A stretch of 58,719 bases of DNA from contig WJIQ01000236.1 in NCBI GenBank assembly GCA_014730255.1, positions 1 to 58,719 of the forward strand. The letters are read 5' to 3'. The stretch's first letter is position 1; every line of letters begins with the position of its first letter. Origin of the DNA: a bacterium. Lineage in GTDB: Bacteria; Krumholzibacteriota; Krumholzibacteriia; LZORAL124-64-63. Below, in pieces: positions 27,553 through 34,529 of this stretch. The notes beneath the pieces are model-generated. The model did no database searches. It saw nothing but the letters and a program-made list of their open reading frames with translations, and was not told the origin of the DNA. Both the position numbers and the translations under genes were made by a program.

Positions 27553-29967
27553 CTAGTAATCGTCCCCGAAGACGGTCCGCCAGACCTGGTCGACGTGCGC
27601 CACCGGCACGAACTCCACGGCCTCGCGCACCTCGTCGGGAATGTTCTCCAGGTCGGGCTCGTTGGCCGCCGGCATGATGACCCGGCGGATGCCGACCCGG
27701 TGGCCGGCCAGCACCTTCTCGAGCAGGCCGCCGATGGCCAGCACGTCGCCGGTGAGCGTGATCTCGCCGGTCATCGCCGTGCGCCGGTCGATGGGCCGGT
27801 CCAGCAGCAACGAGAGCAGCACCGTGGCCATGGCGATGCCCGCCGACGGACCGTCCTTGGGCACGGCGCCCGCGGGGACGTGGATGTGCACGTCGCCGGC
27901 GAAGAACTCCGCGTAGTCGTCCAGGTCGCCGAAGCGGCTACGCAGGTAGCTGAGCGCCGCGGTCGCCGACTCCTGCATCACCTTGCCGAGCTGGCCGGTC
28001 AGCTTGAGCGAGCCGTTGCCCACGGGCAAGGTCAATCCCTCGATGTAGAGGATCTTGCCGCCGACCGGCGTCCACGCCAGCCCGGTGACGACGCCCGGGC
28101 GCAGACGACGCCGCAGGCGATCGCCGGTGTACTCGGGATGGCCGAGGTAATCGGCGAGGTTCTTCGCGGTGACCGAGTGCGGCTTGCGTCCACCGCGGGC
28201 GACCTTGCGCGCGGCCTTGCGGCAGACCGCGCCGATCTTGCGCTCGAGCTCGCGCACGCCCGCCTCGCGCGTGTGGTGCTCGATGATCTGCATCAGTCCC
28301 GCGTCGGTGAAGCGGATCTTCTTGCGGGTCAGCCCGTTCTCCTCCACCTGACGCGGCACGAGGTAGCGCTTGGCGATCTGCAGCTTCTCCAGGTTGGTGT
28401 ACCCCGGCAGCTGGATCATCTCCATGCGGTCGAGCAGGGGGCGCGGGATGGTGTCCAGCATGTTCGCCGTGGTGATGAACATCACCTTCGAGAGGTCGAA
28501 GGGCAGCGCGAGGTAGTGGTCGGTGAAGCTGTTGTTCTGCTCGGGGTCGAGCACCTCCAGGAGCGCGCTGGCCGGATCGCCGCGGAAGTCCTGCCCGAGC
28601 TTGTCGATCTCGTCGAGCATGATGAGCGGGTTGTTGGTGCCACACTCCTTGATGCCGGTGATGATGCGGCCCGGCATGGCGCCGACGTAGGTGCGCCGGT
28701 GGCCGCGGATCTCCGCCTCGTCGCGCATGCCGCCGAGGGAGAAGCGGAAGAACTCGCGGCCCACCGCCTCGGCGATGCTGCGGCCGAGCGAGGTCTTGCC
28801 CACCCCGGGCGGCCCCTGCAGACAGAGGATGGGGCCACGGTGATCGCCCTTGAGCTTGCGCACCGAGAGGAACTCGAGGATGCGCTCCTTGACGTCCTCG
28901 AGCCCGTAGTGATCGCGTTCGAGGATCTCCTCGGCCCGCTTGACGTCCAGCTTGTCCTCGCTCGCGACGTTCCAGGGCAGATCGAGGATCCAGTCGATGT
29001 ACGTCTTGGTGACCGAGTACTCGCTCGCACCCGGGGACATGCGCGCGAGGCGGTCGAGTTCGCGCTCGGCGGCCGTGCGCACGTTCTCGGGCAGGTCGGC
29101 CTCGCTGAGCCGCTCGCGCAGGTCGTCCAGCTCGACGGTGCTGTCGTCCTCGTCCCCGAGCTCGCGCCGGATCGCCTTGAGCTGCTGCCGCAGGTAGTAT
29201 TCCCGCTGGTCCTTGTCGATGGACTTGCGGACCTTGGTCTGCAGCTGCTGGCCGAGCTCGAGCACGTCGAGCTCGCGCATGACGATCTTCGAGAGCAATT
29301 GCAGGCGCCGGCGGGGCGATGTCTCCTCCAGCACCTCCTGCTTCTCGGAGACGTCGATGTCCAGGTTGGTGGCGATCAGGTCGGCGAGGCGACCCGGGTC
29401 GTCGATGTTCATGACGACGACCTTGAGCTCGTCCGAGAGCGACTCGCTCGCGTCGATGATCTTCAGGAAGTTGTTGGCCACCCCGCGCATGTAGGCCAGG
29501 GTCTGCGAATCGTCGTCGGACTCCTCGTCCAGCGGCGAGACCTGCGCGCGGATGTAGGGGTCGTCCTGCAGGACCGCGTCGATCCGACAACGGGCGACCC
29601 CCTGGCCGAGCAGTCGCATGCTGCCATCGGGGAAGCGCAGCATCTTCTGTATGCGCACCGCCGTGCCCACGCGATAGATCTGGTCGGAGTCGCGGAGATC
29701 GTCCTCCTCGTCATCCTCGAGCTCGTCGAGATCCTCGAGATCGTCGAGGTCGTCCGACTCCGGCCGCTGGGCGAAGGCGCCGAGGATCTTGTCGCCGGCG
29801 AGGCACTCGTCCGCCAGCTTGATCAGGTTCTCGTCGCTCAGGACCAGCGGCACCATCATGTAGGGGAAGATGACCGCCTCGCTGATGGGCAGCACCGGCA
29901 AGGTCGGCGGCAAGGTCACGTTGTCCAGGCTCTGCAGGTCGGAGTTGCCGGAGGCGGAATCGGACAT
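27553..29967 (-). CDS. lon: ATP-dependent Lon protease
   Basis: 804 aa. LON N-domain, Walker A GPPGVGKTS and the catalytic Ser motif PKDGPSAG. ATG start with an AAGGAG RBS. Confidence 0.95.
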   Translation of the reverse strand: MSDSASGNSDLQSLDNVTLPPTLPVLPISEAVIFPYMMVPLVLSDENLIKLADECLAGDKILGAFAQRPESDDLDDLEDLDELEDDEEDDLRDSDQIYRVGTAVRIQKMLRFPDGSMRLLGQGVARCRIDAVLQDDPYIRAQVSPLDEESDDDSQTLAYMRGVANNFLKIIDASESLSDELKVVVMNIDDPGRLADLIATNLDIDVSEKQEVLEETSPRRRLQLLSKIVMRELDVLELGQQLQTKVRKSIDKDQREYYLRQQLKAIRRELGDEDDSTVELDDLRERLSEADLPENVRTAAERELDRLARMSPGASEYSVTKTYIDWILDLPWNVASEDKLDVKRAEEILERDHYGLEDVKERILEFLSVRKLKGDHRGPILCLQGPPGVGKTSLGRSIAEAVGREFFRFSLGGMRDEAEIRGHRRTYVGAMPGRIITGIKECGTNNPLIMLDEIDKLGQDFRGDPASALLEVLDPEQNNSFTDHYLALPFDLSKVMFITTANMLDTIPRPLLDRMEMIQLPGYTNLEKLQIAKRYLVPRQVEENGLTRKKIRFTDAGLMQIIEHHTREAGVRELERKIGAVCRKAARKVARGGRKPHSVTAKNLADYLGHPEYTGDRLRRRLRPGVVTGLAWTPVGGKILYIEGLTLPVGNGSLKLTGQLGKVMQESATAALSYLRSRFGDLDDYAEFFAGDVHIHVPAGAVPKDGPSAGIAMATVLLSLLLDRPIDRRTAMTGEITLTGDVLAIGGLLEKVLAGHRVGIRRVIMPAANEPDLENIPDEVREAVEFVPVAHVDQVWRTVFGDDY

Positions 29968-29988
29968 GCGCAGTCTCCTTGCGGCACG

Positions 29989-30423
29989 CTAGCGGTCGAT
30001 GACGATCTGACGACGACGGTGCGGCCTCGGTTCACCCTTGGCGAAGGTCACCACGAGGAATCCGCCGCGGTAGCGCGCCTCGGCGCTGTTCGGGTCGACC
30101 CCCTCGATCACCGGCACGCGCCGGACGAACGGGCCCATGTTGATCTCCATGGTGTGGAAATGCTTGTGTCCGGGCGCGGCGGTCTCCGTGCGCACGCCGC
30201 GGACCACGAGCGACGACCCGTCGAGGTCGACCTGGATCTGCGCCGGATCCATGCCCGCGAGGTCCATCTGCACCACGAACTCAGTCTCGGTCTCGTACAC
30301 GTCGGTGGCCGGACGCCAGCAGAGTTCCTGCTCCGAGGACGCCGTACCCGTCGACTGGCTGTAGGAAGTGACCAGGATCTCGAAGAACTCGTCCGGGTCG
30401 CCCCGGCGTCCGGATCGCGCCAT
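29989..30423 (-). CDS. Hsp20/alpha-crystallin family small heat-shock protein
   Basis: ORF 29989..30519 with the start moved to ATG 30421-30423 (GGAGG 7 nt upstream). The alpha-crystallin pattern is WRPATDVYETETEFVVQMDLAGMDPAQIQVDLDGSSLVVRG...FLVVTFAK. Confidence 0.85.
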   Translation of the reverse strand: MARSGRRGDPDEFFEILVTSYSQSTGTASSEQELCWRPATDVYETETEFVVQMDLAGMDPAQIQVDLDGSSLVVRGVRTETAAPGHKHFHTMEINMGPFVRRVPVIEGVDPNSAEARYRGGFLVVTFAKGEPRPHRRRQIVIDR

Positions 30424-30497
30424 CGGCATGCCTCCGCCACGGTCGCTGGTTCCGTCACTCGCGAGCGTGGCCGCCCCGCTCGCCCACCGTGGCGGCC

Positions 30498-30526
30498 ATC
30501 GTAACCGCCGGTATGGCAAGCGTCAA
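30498..30526 (-). promoter_or_regulatory. candidate sigma70-type promoter upstream of hsp20-lon
   Basis: Minus strand reads TTGACG-17 nt-TACGAT. It is followed by the inverted repeat GGCCGCC-N15-GGCGGCC. Found by eye only. Confidence 0.4.
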
Positions 30527-30544
30527 CTCGGCCCTGCGGCGCGT

Positions 30545-31153
30545 TCAGAAGCGTCGCAGCACCCCGACGACCACGCCCTGCACGCGCACCCGCTCCTCGG
30601 TGTACTCGAACGGCTCCATGGTCGGGTTGGCCGGGATGAGCCGGATGATGGCGCCGCGCCGCTGGTACTGCTTGACCGTGGCGTTCTCGCGGTCGATGAG
30701 CGCGATGACGGTCTCGCCGTTGCGGGCGACCTCGCGCTCCTCGACCACGACGACGTCGCCGTCGCGGATCTGCTCGTCGATCATCGAGTCGCCACGGACC
30801 CGCAGCGCGTAGGTACGGCGTCGCCCGAGCCAGTGCTCGGGAACGGTGACCTCCTCGGCATCCGGCAGCGCCTCGATGGGCAGGCCCGCGGCCACCGACC
30901 CCAGGAGCGGGATCGCCACCGCGCGCCGGGCGTCGGATTCCGACCCGATCACCGAGAGGTCGCGGCTCGCGTTCCGGCGTTCGCGCCTGAGGTAGCCCTT
31001 GGCCACGAGCTGGCCGATGTGCTTGTGCACGGTGGCCACCGAGGACAGGTCGAAACGATCACCGATCTCCTGCAGCGTCGGGGCGTACCCGTGCTGGTCG
31101 CAGTACCAGCGCACGAATTCGAGGATCTCGGCCTGGCGGCGGGTCAACGACAT
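30545..31153 (-). CDS. lexA: LexA repressor (SOS regulator)
   Basis: ORF 30545..31312 with the start moved to ATG 31151-31153 (GGAGGAG RBS). N-terminal wHTH LTRRQAEILEFVRWYCDQHGYAPTLQEIG. Cleavage/catalytic motifs VAAG, GDSM and VKQY are present. Confidence 0.9.
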   Translation of the reverse strand: MSLTRRQAEILEFVRWYCDQHGYAPTLQEIGDRFDLSSVATVHKHIGQLVAKGYLRRERRNASRDLSVIGSESDARRAVAIPLLGSVAAGLPIEALPDAEEVTVPEHWLGRRRTYALRVRGDSMIDEQIRDGDVVVVEEREVARNGETVIALIDRENATVKQYQRRGAIIRLIPANPTMEPFEYTEERVRVQGVVVGVLRRF

Positions 31154-31216
31154 GCTCGGCTCCTCCGTCGCGCCCCGGACCGCCACCCTTGGGGGACCGC
31201 GGGGCATTCGCTGATT

Positions 31217-31245
31217 CTTCGCCTCGATGACCACGATAGGCGAAG
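31217..31245 (-). promoter_or_regulatory. candidate operator (palindrome) overlapping a putative lexA promoter
   Basis: cttcgcct-N13-aggcgaag is a perfect 8-bp inverted repeat. TTCGCC/GGCGAA hexamers also occur at 31218-31223, 31239-31244 and 31250-31255. It overlaps a weak TGGACG-17-TATCGT promoter (31233-31261, minus strand). Confidence 0.3.
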
Positions 31246-31268
31246 ATCGGGCGAACGTCCAGCCCGAA

Positions 31269-32234
31269 TCAGCCGGTCCACCCTGGCGGCCGCTCGTCGC
31301 GGCGTCGGCCACCGGCGCGCAGGGCCTCCGCCGCGGCCAGCGTGGGCAGGGCGGCGCGACCTCCCCAGTCGCGACACTTCAGCGCCGCGACCGCCGCGCC
31401 CAGCTCGAGGGCCTGGTGCCACGCGTCGCCGCGGGCCCGGCCCAGCGCATACCCGGCATGGAAGGCATCGCCGGCGCCGGTGGTATCGACCACGTCGACG
31501 GCATACGCCGCCAGGTGATCCACCCGATCGTCGTGCTCGCCGAGCGCCAGGACGCCGGCCTCACCGAAGGTCATGGCCACGCGTGACGGCCCCCGGCGAC
31601 GCAGCGCCCGCAGCGCCGCCGCCGGATCCTCGCGTCCGGTCAGCGCCGGGGCGAACCCGCGCGAGGAGATCACGTCCGTCGACGCGGCCACCACCTCGGC
31701 GCTGCCCTCGCGGACCGCCCCGGCGTCCATGACCACCGGCAGGCCGCGCTCGCGCGCCCGGCCGGCCAGGGTCAGCATCGCCGCCGGTTCGTGACCGTCG
31801 TGATAGAGCAGGTCGCAACGATCGACCCAGGCCGGGTCGACCTCGTCCGGGCGCAGCCGCGGCAGGTCGCCGCGGCTCCAGAACACCGTGCGGGTCTGGC
31901 GTTCCCGGTCGACGTGGATCACCGCGAGCGCCGACCGGTGTCCGGCCGCGATGCGCGTTCCGGCGAGGTCGACCCCGGCCCCCCGCAGCTCCTCGCGCTG
32001 CATCGCCGAGGGGTGGTCGTCCCCGAGCACGGTCACCAGCTGCACCGCGGCCCCGAGGCGGGCCAGGCACACCGCGGCGGTCGCGCCCGGGCCGCCGCCT
32101 CCGAGACGGATCGCCGGGACCTCGCGCTTGGCGTCCGCCGGCGGCACGGCCGCGACCGGCACGGTCACGTCGAACGCGCTGTAGCCGACGACCAGGATCC
32201 GGGGACGGGCGCCGGGATCAGAGCCCGTAGACAC
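31269..32234 (-). CDS. PfkB-family carbohydrate kinase (ribokinase-like)
   Basis: ILVVGYSAFDV, GGGPGATAAV and the C-terminal DTTGAGDAFHAGY are PfkB signatures. The GTG start overlaps the upstream gene by 17 nt. Confidence 0.75.
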   Translation of the reverse strand: MSTGSDPGARPRILVVGYSAFDVTVPVAAVPPADAKREVPAIRLGGGGPGATAAVCLARLGAAVQLVTVLGDDHPSAMQREELRGAGVDLAGTRIAAGHRSALAVIHVDRERQTRTVFWSRGDLPRLRPDEVDPAWVDRCDLLYHDGHEPAAMLTLAGRARERGLPVVMDAGAVREGSAEVVAASTDVISSRGFAPALTGREDPAAALRALRRRGPSRVAMTFGEAGVLALGEHDDRVDHLAAYAVDVVDTTGAGDAFHAGYALGRARGDAWHQALELGAAVAALKCRDWGGRAALPTLAAAEALRAGGRRRDERPPGWTG

Positions 32235-32646
32235 CGCGGGAGACGCGCTTGATCTTGTCGCTGGTGGAGATCGTGCGCCGCAGGACGTTGTCGAACGACT
32301 TGCTCCGGCTCCGGAAGAGCTTCTGCGAGGTGATCGTCTCGAGGATCTCCTTGAAGGCCATCGGCTCGCCCCGCTCGGTCAGCACCTGGACGACCACGTC
32401 CTCGAGACTGGCCTTCGCCCCGGCCTTGCGGCGAGTCCCGGTCCGGCGGGCGGTCTTGCCGCCCCGCGCGCGTCCGGCGGTCGACCGGCCGACCAGCTTG
32501 GCGATCTGCTTGTCGATGCCGGCGATCTCCTTCTCCAGTTCACGCCGGCGCGTCTGCAGCGCCTCGACCTCGTCCTTGGCGGCGAGCAGCTTCTCGATCT
32601 CGGCACGGCTCAGTTCGGACACCAGACGATTCAGCTCGGCAGGCAT
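32218..32646 (-). CDS. coiled-coil plus basic linker plus HARE-HTH domain protein (142 aa)
   Basis: ORF 32218..32664 with the start moved to ATG 32644-32646 (GAGGAG RBS). The N-terminal heptad-like segment is LNRLVSELSRAEIEKLLAAKDEVEALQTRRRELEKEIAGIDKQIAKL. An Arg/Lys linker follows. The C-terminal LEDVVVQVLTERGEPMAFKEILETI...KRVSRGVYGL resembles HARE-HTH. Confidence 0.55.
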   Translation of the reverse strand: MPAELNRLVSELSRAEIEKLLAAKDEVEALQTRRRELEKEIAGIDKQIAKLVGRSTAGRARGGKTARRTGTRRKAGAKASLEDVVVQVLTERGEPMAFKEILETITSQKLFRSRSKSFDNVLRRTISTSDKIKRVSRGVYGL

Positions 32647-32707
32647 GGGTGCTCCTCGATTCACAAAAGGTCATACTTGATACACGAACTCATACCAATT
32701 GATATTG

Positions 32708-32736
32708 AACATAAGCTGACCGCCAGCACCAGTCAA
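32708..32736 (-). promoter_or_regulatory. candidate sigma70-type promoter upstream of the HARE-HTH gene
   Basis: Minus strand reads TTGACT-17 nt-TATGTT, inside the only strongly AT-rich stretch of the window. Confidence 0.4.
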
Positions 32737-32743
32737 TAAGAAT

Positions 32744-32755
32744 AGTAATATTACT
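32744..32755. repeat. perfect 12-bp AT-rich palindrome AGTAATATTACT
   Basis: Self-complementary by direct reading. Its last base is the first base of the stop codon of the SBP gene (tca at 32755-32757). It lies just upstream of the candidate -35 element. Confidence 0.8.
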
Positions 32756-34398
32756 CAATAACCGTCCGGATTCGCCCAGCGTCGATCCTCCGGCGCGATC
32801 CACCAGCGTTCCAGGCCGTTCAGCGGCGAGAGTAGATCCGGCGTCGCACCGCGCAGCCGTCGATTCGTGGCGACCAGTTGCCGCAGGTAATAAATCACCG
32901 CCGCCGGCTGGTCGCGCGCCAGCTCCTCCTGCAGCGCGTACCAGAACGGTCGCGCCGCGTCGCGGTCGGCGATGGCCAGCGCCCGGTCCAGCAGCGAATC
33001 GACGCGGGCATTGGCGTACCCGCCGAAGTTGAACCGATCACCGGCGCCGGACCGCACGAGTGCCGACGGGTCGCCGTACATGTTGGCCTGGAACTCTCCC
33101 CAGTAGGCGTCGAAGCGTCCCTGGCGCAGGAAGTCCTGCGCCGTCGCGCGCTCGAGCGCCCGCGTCGTGACGGCGGCCCCGACCGCGGCCAGGTTCTGAC
33201 GGAGGATCGATGCGCCGTCCTCCCGCAGACCGTCGCCCCCGCCGTGGATGATCTCCAGGGCCAGCGGCCGACCGTTCCGCTCGCGGACCCCGTCACCGTC
33301 GTCGTCGCGCCACCCGGCCGCGCGCAGCAGCGCTCGTGCCGAATCGGGCCGGAACGGGTCCGGCGCCAGACCGTCGTGGTGGTTCCACGAGACCGGCGGC
33401 AGGTACGACGCGGCCGGCGAGCCGAATCCGCCGAGCAGATCGGTGACGAAGCGCTCGCGATCGATGGCCAGCGAGAATGCGCGGCGGACGCGCGGGTCGG
33501 CCAGGGCCTCCCGTCGGACGTTCCACATCACGAAGCCGAAGACGCGTCCGGAGATCTCGTGCCAGACGAGGTCGGGATGATCGGCCAGGCGCCGGGCCGC
33601 CGGGATCGGCACGTCGGCGACGAGATCGACGTCGCCGGTCTCGAGCGCCAGGATCCGCGCGGTCCGGTCGGGCAGGATCCTGAGGATCACGCGGTCCAGG
33701 CGAGCCGGCGCGCGCGCGTACTCGGGATTGCGCTCGAGCACCAGCTGCATGCCGGACTCCCAGTCCGCGATCCGGAACGGTCCGCTCGCCAGCGGTCGGC
33801 GGTTCATGGGCCATGTCCCCGGTCTCGCGACGTCGACCGCCTCGATGCGGTGCGCCGGCACGATCACGTGCGCGGTGGCCTGGACCGGATCGGGCACCGG
33901 TTGCGCGAACCGGTACCGTACCGTCGCCGGATCGAGGGCCTCGGCGTCCGCGACGTTCGCCAGCAGGTCGCGCCGCGGCGACGCCACGCGGGCATCGCGG
34001 ATCAGCTCGAAGCTGCGGACCAGATCGCGCGCGGTGAGCGGCCGGCCGTCCTCCCAGCGCCATGGCCGCAGGGTGTAGGTGATGGCCAGGCCGTCGTCCG
34101 CGACCTCCCAGCCGTGGGCCAGACGCGGCTCCCAGGTCATGTCGGGCCGCAGCTCGGCCAGGCCGGTGCTGAGCAGGTCGAGCACCATGCCGGCGATGGC
34201 GGAGGTGCGAGTGATGGGATTGAGGACGTCCGGCTCGCTGGCGATGGCGATCACGGCGGTGCCGCCGGCGACGGGGGTGCCGGCGTCGCGATCACCTTCG
34301 GAACGGCCATCCGGCTCGTTACCGCAACCGCCGACCAGAAGCAGGGCGACCAGCGACGGCAGCAGGAGCGATGATACGAGACGACGCGGTGTGGACAC
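32755..34398 (-). CDS. ABC transporter substrate-binding protein, family 5 (peptide/nickel type), lipoprotein
   Basis: This is the 3' part of ORF 32755..34935. GTG at 34396-34398 with a GGGAG RBS. Lipobox LLVGGCG. SBP_bac_5-like body (547 aa). No permease or ATPase genes are adjacent. Confidence 0.8.
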   Translation of the reverse strand: MSTPRRLVSSLLLPSLVALLLVGGCGNEPDGRSEGDRDAGTPVAGGTAVIAIASEPDVLNPITRTSAIAGMVLDLLSTGLAELRPDMTWEPRLAHGWEVADDGLAITYTLRPWRWEDGRPLTARDLVRSFELIRDARVASPRRDLLANVADAEALDPATVRYRFAQPVPDPVQATAHVIVPAHRIEAVDVARPGTWPMNRRPLASGPFRIADWESGMQLVLERNPEYARAPARLDRVILRILPDRTARILALETGDVDLVADVPIPAARRLADHPDLVWHEISGRVFGFVMWNVRREALADPRVRRAFSLAIDRERFVTDLLGGFGSPAASYLPPVSWNHHDGLAPDPFRPDSARALLRAAGWRDDDGDGVRERNGRPLALEIIHGGGDGLREDGASILRQNLAAVGAAVTTRALERATAQDFLRQGRFDAYWGEFQANMYGDPSALVRSGAGDRFNFGGYANARVDSLLDRALAIADRDAARPFWYALQEELARDQPAAVIYYLRQLVATNRRLRGATPDLLSPLNGLERWWIAPEDRRWANPDGY

Positions 34399-34428
34399 GG
34401 ACGACTCCCGGGGATGGGCGGCGCGCTG

Positions 34429-34458
34429 ATGGTACGAATGGTCCGGCCCGGGGGTCAA
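34429..34458 (-). promoter_or_regulatory. candidate sigma70-type promoter upstream of the SBP gene
   Basis: Minus strand reads TTGACC-18 nt-TACCAT, directly after the terminator-like hairpin of the protease gene. Confidence 0.35.
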
Positions 34459-34466
34459 GCACGCGA

Positions 34467-34492
34467 AACGCCGGCCCTGCGAGGCCGGCGTT
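34467..34492 (-). terminator. terminator-like hairpin after the C25 protease gene
   Basis: Perfect 10-bp GC-rich stem aacgccggcc/ggccggcgtt with a 6-nt loop, about 40 nt after the stop. On the minus strand it is followed by UCGCGUGCUU, a weak U-tract. Confidence 0.45.
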
Positions 34493-34529
34493 CCGTGACG
34501 ATGGTCGACGGTCGTTCCTCCCGGGATTC

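Noticed and set aside
30431-30497. Possible RNA thermometer. A 9-nt segment CCGUGGCGG that abuts the hsp20 SD (sharing its first two G residues) is perfectly complementary to CCGCCACGG upstream.
   Set aside because: With the predicted TTGACG-17-TACGAT promoter, the transcript would start near 30491. Most of the upstream arm would then not be transcribed. Only the first two G residues of the SD would be paired. No ROSE or fourU features are present. The repeats are kept only as a possible operator.
27595-30504. 969-aa plus-strand ORF
   Set aside because: It is antisense to lon and hsp20, both of which have diagnostic motifs. Its composition is typical of shadow ORFs.
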